Assembly (NCBI GenBank): GCA_002269645.1
Contig: NIVC01001274.1
Coordinates: 124,001 to 188,000 of the forward strand
Direction: 5' to 3'
Source: Macrostomum lignano
Taxonomy: Eukaryota
Length of the DNA: 64,000 nucleotides
The notes below the pieces were generated by a model. It did no database searches. It was not told where the DNA came from and saw only the letters and a program-made list of their open reading frames with translations. The position numbers and the translations under genes were made by a program. Below are positions 41,901-53,639 of this stretch, piece by piece; position 1 is the stretch's first letter, and every line of letters begins with the position of its first letter.

Positions 41901-44900
41901 AAAGAAAATTTCTACATATTCCAAACCTCAAATTCACTAATAGAGCAATAAATATAGCATATCCCAACCTGAAATATGGCGCAACTGGTGGCCGAGCTGG
42001 GAAAATCCGCCAAGCTTTCAGAGTTGGTCGACGCAGCGGCGGAAGCGCTGGAGGAGGAAGACAAAGTAGCCGAGCCCGAATTATTTGGAGATTTTGATTC
42101 GTCACCCTGTAAGATTAAGATAATTAAATAGCAGATTAACTACACCTGACACTACAGTCAATGACTCCTGACACATTGTTAATCTACACCTGACACTAAT
42201 GTCTATGACCCCTGACACATTGTTAACCTACACCTGACACTAATGTCTATGACTCCTGACACATTGTTATCCCACACCTGACACTAATGTCTATGACTCC
42301 TGACACATTGTTAATCTACACCTGACACTAATGTCTATGACCCCTGACACATTGTTAATCTACACCTGACACTAATGTTTATGACCCCTGACACATTGTT
42401 AACCTACACCTGACACTAATGTCTATGACTCCTGACACATTGTTATCCCACACCTGACACTAATGTCTATGACTCCTGACACATTGTTAATCTACATCTG
42501 ACATTAATGTCTATGACTCCTGACACATTGTTATCCCACACCTGACACTAATATCTATGACTCCTGACACATTGTTAATCTACACCTGACACTAATGTCT
42601 ATGACCCCTGACACATTGTTAACCTACACCTGACACTAATGTCTATGACTCCTGACACATTGTTATCCCACACCTGACACTAATGTCTATGACTCCTGAC
42701 ACATTGTTAATCTACACCTGACATTAATGTCTATGACTCCTGACACATTGTTATCCCACACCTGACACTAATGTCTATGACTCCTGACACATTGTTAATC
42801 TACACCTGACACTAATGTCTATGACCCCTGACACATTGTTAACCTACACCTGACACTAATGTCTATGACTCCTGACACATTGTTATCCCACACCTGACAC
42901 TAATGTCTATGACTCCTGACACATTGTTAATCTACACCTGACATTAATGTCTATGACTCCTGACACATTGTTATCCCACACCTGACACTACAGTCAATGA
43001 CTCCTGACACATTGTTAATCTACACCTGACACTAATGTCTATGACCCCTGACACATTGTTAACCTACACCTGACACTAATGTCTATGACTCCTGACACAT
43101 TGTTAACCTACATCTGACACTAATGTCTATGACTCCTGACACATTGTTAACCTACACCTGACACTAATGTCTATGACTCCTGACACATTGTTAACCTACA
43201 TCTGACACTAATGTCTATGACTCCTGACACATTGTTAATCTACACCTGACACTAATGTCTATGACTCCTGACACATTGTTAATCTACACCTGACACTACA
43301 GTCAATGACTCCTGACACATTGTTAATCTACACCTGACACTAATGTCAATGACTCCTGACACATTGTTAATCTACACCTGACACTAATGTCTATGACTCC
43401 TGACACATTGTTAACCTACACCTGACACTACTGTCAATGACTCCTGACACATTGTTAACCCACACCTGACACTACAGTCAATGACTCCTGACACATTGTT
43501 AACCTACACCTGACACTAGTGTCTATGACCTTGACACATTGTTAACCCACACCTGACACTAATGCCTATGACTCCTGACACTTTGTTAACCTACACCTGA
43601 CACTAATGTCTATGACTCCTGACACATTTTGTGACGAAACCAGCTATAGCTATAATAATATACTCACCTGCCTCTCCATGAAGCGGTGCCCATACAACAA
43701 GGGAAATATGCTGCTATCAAGCGAATTAAGCATCAGCTGACTCTGATGAGCCGCATAGAGCGCAGGGATGCGGCTTTGACCGTCCAAGACGATGTGCTTC
43801 GCATTCGAGTTAAGCGGCGACTTGCGAAAGCTGGAAGGGAAAAATTAAGAAACATAATTCGAGGTCATGTACTACTGCCACAAATATGCTTTTAAGAAGC
43901 GGTATATAGCGTTGTTGGCGCTGCCTAAGACTCTTCAAAATGGCACCTCTAGATTTACTATGACTAATTAGACATTTTTTAGCCATATTAAACACCTCAG
44001 ACCGCCATCAGACACCTCAGACCGCCATCAGACACCTCAGACCGCCATCAGACACCTCAGACCGCCATCAGACACTTCAGACCGCCATCAGACACCTCAG
44101 ACCGTCATCAGACAGCTCAGACCGCCATCAGACACTTTAGACCGCCATCAGACACCTCAGACCGCCATCAGACACCTCAGACCGCCATCAGACACTTCAG
44201 ACCGCCATCAGACACCTCAGACCGCCATCAGACACCTCAGACCGCTATCATACACCTCAGACCGCCATCAGACACCTCAGACCGCCATCAGACACTTCAA
44301 CCCGCCATCAGACACCTCAGACCGCCATCAGACACCTCAGACCGCCATCAGACACTTTAAACTGCCATCCGACACCTCAACCCGCCATCAGACACCTTAA
44401 AGTGCCATCCGACACCTTAAAGTGTAATCCGACACCTCAAAGTGCCATCAGACACCTCATAGCGCCATGAGACACTTCATGGCGTTATCACAAACCTCAT
44501 AGCGTCATTAGATATATACTTCATAGCGTCATTAGATAGATACTTTATAGCGTCATTAGATAGACACTTCATAGCGTCATTAGATAGATACTTCATAGCG
44601 TCATTAGATAGATACTTCATAGCGCCATAAGACATCTTAGACCGCCATCAGACACCTCAAAGTGCCATCAGACACCTTATAGCGTCATTAGACACTTCAT
44701 AGCGCCATTAGACACCTTATAGCGCCATTAGACACCTTATAGCGCCATCAGACAACTTATAGCGCCATCAGACCCCTCATAACGCCATCAGACACCTCAT
44801 AACGCCACCAGACACCTTAGCGCCATCAGACATTTCATGACGCCATTAAAAACTATATATGGTCTCATTTAGGCACCGAGAACAGTAAAAAATGCCAAAC

Positions 44901-47900
44901 CAAACTCACAGATCGATGACAGCTCGATACTGATTGGACCGCAGCACCGAAGGCTCGGCCAAGTGTACAACTAGGTCGATTTCGGCAGCACTGCAATTAG
45001 CATCGGCACTGCTAGCTCCGCAAATCCAAGACTTCAACCGGTCGTTTAAGGCCAGCTGGGCCGCGATTTCAGCGGTGGCGCAGTCCAGGATTAGAATTGA
45101 TTTTGACTGAGCCGGATGAATTAGCAGTTCGTTTCCGTCAATCTGATGGTGTGTCCGAGAGTGTCCGAGTTGGAAGTATGGGATGTAAAATATTCGAGTT
45201 TCGGATATCTATAGTATGAGTTTAGGGGATATTGTGTCCGAGTTTAAGGGATTATAGTGTCCGAGTTTAGAGGACTATAGTTTCCCAGTTTAGGGGATTA
45301 TAGTGTCCGAGTTTAGGGGATGTAGTGTCCTAGTTTAGGGGATGTAGTGCCCGAGTTTAGGTGATATAGTGTCCGAGTTTAGGTGATATAGTGTCCGAGT
45401 TTAGGTGATACTAGCAATCTTTGCCCCCCGATGGGGGACATCTGCATAGAACTTCTGTTCTCTACAAGTAAAAAAAACCGCCAAATAGAGTCTTCACAAA
45501 GACAACAGAAAAACTGCTCAAATGAAGCGCAATGCAAAAAGAAAACATCCCAAGACAGCAAGCATCCCCCCTCCTCCAAGATAGCAAGCACCCCCAGATA
45601 GCAAGCACCCCCAGATAGCAAGCACCCCCAGATAGCAAGCACCCCCAGATAGCAAGCACCCCCAGATGGCAAGCACACCCAGATAGCAAGCATCCCTCAG
45701 ATAGCAAGCACCCCAGATAGAAAGAACCCCCAGATAGCAAGCATCCAATTGATAGCAAGTATCTATCCTTAAATAGCAAGCATCCACCAGACAAAAAGTA
45801 TATAGTGCAACATTTCCTTTCAGCTTTCTAGGGGCTCCTTTATGATTGGCATGACGCTTCTTATTACGTTTGAAAATGTCTCTCCTGTGTTTGAAATAGT
45901 GGCTATTTTATGTTTGAATTGGTGGCTTTTTAATGTTTGGCATGGTGACTCTATAATGTTCTACATGGTGGCTCTTTAATGTTAGTAACGGTGGCTCTTT
46001 AATGTTTGACATGGAATTACATATGTTTCACATGGTGGCTCTTCTATGTCTAACTTGGTAGCTCTTTTATGTTTGACATCGTGGCTCGTTAATGTTCGAC
46101 ATGGTGGCTCTTTAACGTTCGACATGGTGGCTCTTTAATGTTCGACATGGTGGCTCTTTACTTTTCGACATGGTGGCTCTTTAATGTTTGACATGGTGGC
46201 TCTTTAATGTTCAACATGCTGGCTCTTTAATGTTTGACATGTAGGCTCTTTAATGCTCAACATGGTGGCTCTTTAATGTTCTACATTGTGGCTCTTTAAT
46301 TTTCTACATTGTTGCTCTTTAAAGTTTGACATGGTGGCTCTTTAATGTTCCACATGGTGTCTCTTTAATGCTCGACATTGTGGCTCTTTAATTTTCTACA
46401 TTGTTGCTCTTTAAAGTTTGACATGGTGGCTCTTTATTGTTCTGCATTGTGGCTCTTTAATGTTCTACATTGTGGCTCTTTAACGTTCTACATTCTGCTC
46501 TTTAATATTTGACATTGTTGCTCTTTAATGTTCTACATTGTGGCTCTTTAATATTTGACATGGTGGCTCTTTAATGTTCGACATGGTGGCTCTTTACTGT
46601 TAGACATGGTGGCTCTTTAATGTTTGACATGGTAGCTCTTTAATGTTTGACATGGTGGCTCTTTACTGTTAGACATGGTGGCTCTTTAATGTTTGACATG
46701 GTAGCTCTTTAATTTTTGACATTGTGGCTCTTTAATGTTCGACATGGTGGCTCTTTATTGTTCGAAATTGTGGCTCTTTAATGTTCTACATGGTGGCTCT
46801 TTAATGCTGGACATTGTGGCTCTTTAATGTTCTACATATTGTGGCTCTTTAATGTTCGACATGGTGGCTCTTTAATGTTCTACATGGTGGCTCTTTAATG
46901 CTGGACATTGTGGCTCTTTAATGTTCGACATGGTGGCTCTTTATTGTTCGAAATTGTGGCTCTTTAATGTTCTACATGGTGGCTCTTTAATGCTGGACAT
47001 TGTGGCTCTTTAATGTTCTACATATTGTGGCTCTTTAATGTTCGACATGGTGGCTCTTTAATGTTCTACATGGTGGCTCTTTAATGCTGGACATTGTGGC
47101 TCTTTAATGTTCTACATATTGTGGCTCTTTAATGTTCGACATGGTGGCTCTTTAATGTTCTACATGGTGGCTCTTTAATGTTAGTAACGGTGGCTCTTTA
47201 ATGTTTGACATGGAATCACATATGTTTCACATGGTGGCTCTTCTATGTCTAACTTGGTAGCTCTTTTATGTTTGACATCGTGGCTCGTTAATGTTCGACA
47301 TGGTGGCTCTTTAACGTTCGACATGGTGGCTCTTTAATGTTCGACATGGTGGCTCTTTACTTTTCGACATGGTGGCTCTTTAATGTTTGACATGGTGGCT
47401 CTTTAATGTTCAACATGCTAGCTCTTTAATGTTTGACATGTAGGCTCTTTAATGCTCAACATGGTGGCTCTTTATTGTTTGACATGGTGGCTTTTTAATG
47501 TTCGACATGGTGTCTCTTTAATGCTCGACATTGTGGCTCTTTAATGTTCTACATTATGGCTCTTTAATTTTCTACATTGTTGCTCTTTAAGGTTTGACAT
47601 GGTGGCTCTTTAATGTTCTGCATGGTGGTTCTTTAATGTTCTACATTATGGCTCTTTAACGTTCTACATTCTGCTCTTTAATATTTGACATTGTTGCTCT
47701 TTAATGTTCTACATTGTGGCTCTTTAATATTTGACATGGTGGCTCTTTAATGTTCGACATGGTGGCTCTTTACTTTTAGACATGGTGGCTCTTTAATGTT
47801 CGACATGGTGGCTCTTTATTGTTCGAAATTGTGGCTCTTTAATGTTTGACATGGTGGCTCTTTAATGTTCTACATGGTGGCTCTTTAATGCTTTACATTG

Positions 47901-50900
47901 TGGCTCTTTAATGCTCTACATGGTGGCTCTTTAATGTTCTACATGGTGGCTCTTTAATGCTTGACATTGTGGCTCTTTAATGTTCTACATATTGTGGCTC
48001 TTTAATGTTCGACATCATGGCTCTTTAATGTTCTACATTGTGGCTCTTTAATGTTCTACATTGTGGCTCTTTAATGTTCTACATGGTGGCTCTTTATTGT
48101 TTGACATGGTGACTCTTTAATGTTCTACATGGTGGCTCTTTAACGTTTGACAGGGTGGCTCTTTAATGTTCTACATGGTGGCTCTTTAATGTTCGACATG
48201 GTGGCTCTTTAATGTTCTACATGGTGGCTCTTTAATGCTCTACATTGTGGCTCTTTAATGTTCTACATATTGTGGCTCTTTAATGTTCGACATCATGGCT
48301 CTTTAATGTTCTACATTGTGGCTCTTTAATGTTCAACATTGTGGCTCTTTAATGTTCTACATGGTGGCTCTTTATTGTTTGACATGGTGACACTTTAATG
48401 TTCTACATGGTGGCTCTTTAATGTTTGACATGGAGTCACGTATATGTTTGACATGTAGTCACGTATATGTTTGACATTATGGCTCTATAATGTTTGACAT
48501 GGTGGCTCTTTAGTGTTTGACATGGTGGCTCTTTAATGTTTGATATGGTGGCTCTTTAATGTTTGACATTGTGGCTCTATAATGTTTGACATGGTGGCTC
48601 TTTAGTGTTCGACATTGTGGCTCTTTAATGTTTAACATGGTGGCTTTTCTATGTTTGACATTGTGCTTCTTTTATGTTTAGCAGTTTTGTGTTTTTAAGG
48701 TGTTTTAATAAAAAAATCTTTTTGCACTACTAAGATTCGAACCCAGGTCACTACATTAGCATTTCAGTCTGTTTGCATCTGGGCTATCTCTTTTCATTTG
48801 GAGAACATGAATTGTGGCTCTTATAATTTAATTCTTACAGCAAGTCAATTGGAGTAGAAAGTTATGACATAATCAATTTCTCAGTCAACCAGTATCAGTC
48901 TCAATTTAAGTTAGCAATATGGTTACGCAATTTAAATCAAGTCGTGTGTGCATTTCTTGGGCACTGTTTTCAACTTGTGATGCAATCTTTATCACAATCG
49001 GAATTCAGCCAGTCAGTTTTTTCTCTAGCATTCTTACAATGCATTTCAGGTCGAAAGAGCTGCTTGACCTTTGCAAAAAAGCATGTTTTTCGAATATTTA
49101 ATCCCTTTAAAATTGAGAAATTTCTTACACAGGATGCATGTACCGTCCCAGGAAAATTTCTGATCAAATGGTGCAAGTTTGAAGAAAATCGGTTGAGCCA
49201 TTTTTTCTGAAATCTATCGCATACCTACCCACATACAGACAACTCATTTTTAGTATATAGGATAGTGTCCTAGTTTAGGGGATGTAGTGCCCGAGTTTAG
49301 GTGATATAGTGTCCGAGTTTAGGTGATATAGTGTCCGAGTTTAGATGATATAGTGTTCGAGTTTAGGTGATATAGTGTCTGAGTTTAGGTGATATAGTGT
49401 CCGAGTTTAGGTGATATAGTGTCCGAGTTTAGATGATATAGTGTTCGAGTTTAGGTGATATAGTGTCCGAGTTTAGATGATATAGTGTTCGAGTTTAGGT
49501 GATATAGTGTCCGAGTTTAGGTGATATAGTGTCCGAGTTTAGATGATATAGTGTTCGAGTTTAGGTGATATAGTGTCCGAGTTTAGATGATATAGTGTTC
49601 GAGTTTAGGAGATTTTGTGTCCCAGTTCGGAGGATATAGTGCTCGAGTTTAGGGGATTATAGTGTCCGAGTTTAGGGGATTATAGTGTCCGAGTTAAAGG
49701 GATGTGTCCGAGTTTAGGCGCTACTGTGTCGAAGTTTAAGGAGTTATAGTGTCTGAGACCGAGTTAGGGGATATTGTGTCCGAGTTTAGGATATAGTGTC
49801 CAAATTTTGGGACACGTGTCCGAGTTTCAGGATTATAGTATCCGAGTTTAAGGACATAGTTTACGAGCTATAAATTATGTTGTCCATTTTTTCTTGTTTC
49901 CCGACTACTAAAGGACTTGAAAGAATAAATTTTATGGTTTTGACGCAATAGATAAGATCCGAACAATAAAAATAAATAAAACTCACCACTCTCCCATCGG
50001 GCAGTTCAACAGACTCTCCAGCTTTAAGTTTTTTAGCCGTTACGCCATCTTTGAGCATGGAGCTAAAATATACAGGTTAAGTAAACGAAATTTAAGGATC
50101 TGGGAGGCTGGCCCAGCGACTGAGGATCTGGGAGGCTGGCCCAGCGACTGAGGATCTGGGAGGCTGGCCCAGCAACTGAGGATCTGGGAGGCTGGCCCAG
50201 CAACTGAGGATCTGAGAGGCTGGCCCAGCAACTGGGGATCTGGGAGGCTGGCTCAGCAACTGGGGATCTGGGAGGCTGGCTCAGCAACTGAGGATCTGGG
50301 AGGCTGGCCCAGCAACTGAGGCTCTGGGAGGCTGGCCCAGCAACTGAGGATCTAAGAGGCTGGCCCAGCAACTGAGGATCTGGGAGGCTGGCCCAGCAAC
50401 TGAGGACCTGAGAGGCTGGCCCAGCAACTGAGGATCTGGGAGGCTGGCCCAGCAACTGAGGATCTGGGAGGCTGGCCCAGCAACTGAGGATCTGGGAGGC
50501 TGGCCCAGCACATGAGGATCTGGGAGGCTGACCCAGCAACTGAGGATCTGGGAGGCTGGCCCAGCAACTGAGGATCTGGGAGGCTGGCCCAGCGACTGAG
50601 GATCTGGGAGGCTGACCCAGCAACTGATGATCTGGGAGGCTGGCCCAGCAACTGAAGATCTGGGAGGCTGGCCCAGCAACTGAGGATCTAAGAGGCTGGC
50701 CCAGAAACTGAGGACCTGAGAGGCTGGCCCAGCAACTGAGGACCTGAGAGGCTGGCCCAGCAACTGAGGATCTGGGAGCCTGGCCCAGCAACTGACACTC
50801 TGGGAGGCTGGCCCAGCAACTGAGGATCTACACATCTACTGAGAAAGAAAGTATATTAAAACAATTTGAAACCTAACTCACACAGGAAAGTTCATCTGAA

Positions 50901-53027
50901 CTGCCTTGAGCATGTCCAGCTTAGCAGGCAAAGGATTTGGCTAAAATATTTAGAACAAAAATTAAAATATTTATATAATATAGCAAACTTTAACAAAATT
51001 ATTATATAAAAAAACAATTACCTTAAACAGATAGCAATAAGATTGAGCAGTAGCTGAAATCAAGTAGTATGATAAGTGAACATAAAATACTTTTTTTTAA
51101 ATTTCATAAAGAATTTCTCCATCAAAGCAAAAACACTCACAGGCGGTGCACCTGGCGCTCAAGCTGGCGACTTGAAATACAGGATCGGCAAAGTCCGAGG
51201 ACGCGTTGTACTCTTGAAGGAAAAGAAAGTACAAAGAGAGTACATTAAGACAATATAACGTCCTAAAGAGCTACTAAGTCATCGCTTACCGATCTTCATC
51301 CCACCGGGCGAATCAGCAAACTTCGACATCAAATTATTGACTTCTTTCTGCAATCAATATTGGTAAAATTGTGTATAGATATAATCCATCACATGCCTAA
51401 CGATTAGAAAGTCAGGGTTGCTGTACACGCTGTGTCTGACACAAGATACGGTGGTTTTTAGACATAAGACACAGACATAGGTATGGTCACGCTACAGTGG
51501 GGGTTGCAGCCTAGTGGTAAGACGGTCGCACTCATGACTGAAAAGGTCGGGGGTTCGATTCCCGATTCCAACTGGAACAATTTGTGTCCTTGAGCAAGAC
51601 ACTTAACTCTGCATTGCTTCAGTTCACCCAGCTGTAAAAATGGGTGCCAGCATTAGCTGGGGTAATTGAGGCTGTGTGTGGCGACCCCCCAGTCCTTGGA
51701 CTGAACAGCCGTACGCAGCCTTCAGATGCGCCGCGCAAATAGCTGCGGCTGAGCTGTCGGTTGCACATCTGCCCATTAGGGCAGGTGTAATTAATTAATA
51801 CTATTATGGTTACGAAATTCATATTTCCCAATTTAAATATCTAGTAATATTAAAGGTTGTTCAATAACTGAGACTTGAAAGACCTAAAAGATCACTTGAG
51901 CCTTTAATTCAATGGATGGGAGGGGGTACAGCAGTGGAAAAGAACGAGTTTATCCAGTTTCCAAGCTTTTGTGAGGGAAACTTTGAAGTCCCCCAAGCAA
52001 GAGATACTATCCGATCACAATCCGTCTGCACACATATTATTAATATTAATACATACATTAAATACAAGCAGCTTACAACAATGGGCGGGCCGTGCAAGTT
52101 CACTGCAGACTGCAGACCAGCTCCGCTAATGTTCAAACAGGTGCCTAAAAATATAACAATAATCTATTATATCTTAACTAGCACAGCGATAATGCAAATG
52201 ATTTATTGCCATTGCAATTTGTGCTCACCAATGATTCCCGCGCACAGATCCCATTGATTTCCAGTGATAAAAATGTGCGATATCTTCGAGAATTTGGTTC
52301 TAGAAAATTTAATAACACCAATTATCAGTTCAAGAACAGCTGATAAAACTTATTAAACATAACTTATAGGCGCATACCCGGACTCTTGCAGCACCCGTGA
52401 GATGCCCTCAGGCGCATTAATTAGGTAGCTGAAGTGTATAAATATGATTATTATGCAAGACAAAAAATTGCAAACATATTGTTGTACAATTGAAACTGCT
52501 AAACGCAGTTTTCCTTCAGTCGATAAATATTCAATTAGATGATAAATGGATAGGCAGATGGATAGAAAGATAGATAGATGGAGATAGATAGACAGGCAGG
52601 CAGGCAGACAGACATATAGACAGACGGACACTAAGACAGGCAGACAGACGGACACTAAGACAGGCAGACAGACGGACACTAAGACAGGCAGACAGACGGA
52701 CACTAAGACAGGCAGACAGACAGACACTAAGACAGGCAGACAGACAGACACTAAGACAGGCAGACAGACAGACACTAAGACAGGCAGACAGACGGACACT
52801 AAGACAGGCAGACAGACGGACACTAAGACAGGCAGACAGACAGACACTAAGACAGGCAGACAGACGGACACTAAGACAGGCAGACAGACAGACACTAAGA
52901 CAGACAGACAGACAGACACTAAGACAGACAGACAGACAGGCAGGCAGATACAGACAGACAGACAGTCAGACTGACAGACACACAGACACAGAGACAGACA
53001 CACAGACAGACAGTCAGACAGACAGAC

Positions 53028-53060
<33 letters not shown>

Positions 53061-53229
53061 CTAAGACAGGCAGACAGACAGACACTAAGACAGGCAGACA
53101 GACAGACACTAAGACAGACAGACAGACAGGCAGGCAGATACAGACAGACAGACAGTCAGACTGACAGACACACAGACACAGAGACAGACACACAGACAGA
53201 CCCACAGACAGACAGTCAGACAGACAGAC

Positions 53230-53276
<47 letters not shown>

Positions 53277-53639
53277 TAAGGACAACAGATAACCAGACAT
53301 TGATAAATTATACTGACAGAAACAACTAGACAGATATGAGTAAGTGAGCAAATGTAGCTACGAGTACTACAAGACAAAATTGACAAATGATCTACTTCAG
53401 CCTCACCTATTATGAGCTGTGACAACAACCAGACTCTTCTGTGGCGACAGAACACTTCCACTTGAGAGGAATATGGTAGAAATGATTGGCGAACCAATAG
53501 CAGCCATGGCTGTGTCAACAGGGCCAACAAAGACTTGTCTTTTTAATTTAAATGACAAGCCTGGTCTTTGTCTAACCACCAGAGATAATAAATTCTGACA
53601 GGCAAGTTGATTAAAACAATGGAGAAATTTTCTTTGCAT
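26929..53639 (-). CDS. ELAC2: tRNase Z long form (RNase Z / ELAC2), 876 aa, 18 exons: 53407-53639, 52378-52428, 52229-52299, 52077-52144, 51290-51347, 51141-51212, 51022-51053, 50882-50940, 49987-50062, 44910-45142, 43668-43830, 41969-42106, 41038-41372, 39889-40030, 39254-39423, 38893-39001, 28893-29072, 26929-27369
   Basis: All junctions GT-AG with consistent phases (2631 nt). Motifs: YLINAPEG, flexible arm [13 protein letters not shown], PxKxRN (PSKYRNVS), LLDCGEGT, HxHxDH (SHMHLDH), [20 protein letters not shown]. Confidence 0.93.
27480..28800. repeat. 17-bp minisatellite (CTAATCTCACTGCATAG/T)n in ELAC2 intron 17
   Basis: Direct tandem repeat. Confidence 0.95.
29121..38860. repeat. ~9.7-kb satellite of 24/26-bp units GAGTGGATTAACTCACGATTCTT(G/A/GGA/AGA) filling ELAC2 intron 16
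   Basis: About 390-400 units estimated from length, with four main junction variants. No unique spacers. Confidence 0.98.
39480..39735. repeat. Degenerate G-rich repeat (GAGGGCGGATT...) in ELAC2 intron 14
   Basis: Repeated GGCGGATT cores. Confidence 0.75.
40120..40995. repeat. ~28-32-bp minisatellite (CTACCTACCTGTTTATCTACCAATCTGC)n in ELAC2 intron 13
   Basis: Tandem repeat with higher-order blocks. It explains the ORFs at 40038-41177. Confidence 0.92.
41480..41900. repeat. ~16-bp minisatellite (GAATCTTCACAGGTTN)n in ELAC2 intron 12
   Basis: Imperfect tandem repeat. Confidence 0.88.
42140..43628. repeat. 44-bp minisatellite (CTACACCTGACACTAATGTCTATGACTCCTGACACATTGTTAAT)n in ELAC2 intron 11
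   Basis: 44-bp period verified (42184 to 42228), ~33 units. Confidence 0.96.
43990..44850. repeat. 20-bp minisatellite (AGACACCTCAGACCGCCATC)n in ELAC2 intron 10
   Basis: Tandem repeat that degrades towards 44850. Confidence 0.92.
45170..45410. repeat. 22-bp minisatellite (TAGTGTCCGAGTTTAGGTGATA)n, left part (interrupted by the Helitron)
   Basis: The same array resumes at 49263. Confidence 0.9.
45575..45790. repeat. 17-bp repeat (CCCCCAGATAGCAAGCA)n inside the Helitron
   Basis: Direct tandem repeat. Confidence 0.88.
45900..48665. repeat. 23-bp minisatellite (ATGGTGGCTCTTTAATGTTTGAC)n inside the Helitron, with a ~1.2-kb higher-order duplication
   Basis: Rare marker variants recur at ~45981/47180 (GTTAGTAACGG) and ~46008/47207. 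Confidence 0.95.
49263..49860. repeat. 22-bp minisatellite (TAGTGTCCGAGTTTAGGTGATA)n, right part
   Basis: Continuation of 45170-45410. Confidence 0.92.
50095..50828. repeat. 28-bp minisatellite (GAGGATCTGGGAGGCTGGCCCAGCAACT)n in ELAC2 intron 8
   Basis: ~26 units. Confidence 0.95.
51499..51807 (+). mobile_element. tRNA-derived SINE, family 1, copy B, antisense in ELAC2 intron 4
   Basis: A box GCAGCCTAGTGG and B box GGTTCGATTCCC. The 3' ~155 nt are nearly identical to 9030-9185. Confidence 0.82.
52590..53275. repeat. GACA-derived micro/minisatellite (incl. 24-bp GACACTAAGACAGGCAGACAGACA) in ELAC2 intron 1
   Basis: Tandem repeat. Confidence 0.92.

Larger units (their letters stand above)
45411..49262 (-). 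mobile_element. Non-autonomous Helitron (3852 bp) in ELAC2 intron 9, carrying two minisatellite arrays
   Basis: On the - strand: 5' TCCTATATACTAAAAATGAGTTGTCTGT; 3' GC hairpin GTCCCCC-ATCG-GGGGGC followed 12 nt later by terminal CTAG. Inserted between A and T. No Rep/helicase ORF. Confidence 0.85.

Noticed and set aside
45170-49860. Interstitial telomere repeat (TTTAGG[G])
   Set aside because: It is only a sub-motif of a 22-bp unit and never occurs in tandem.
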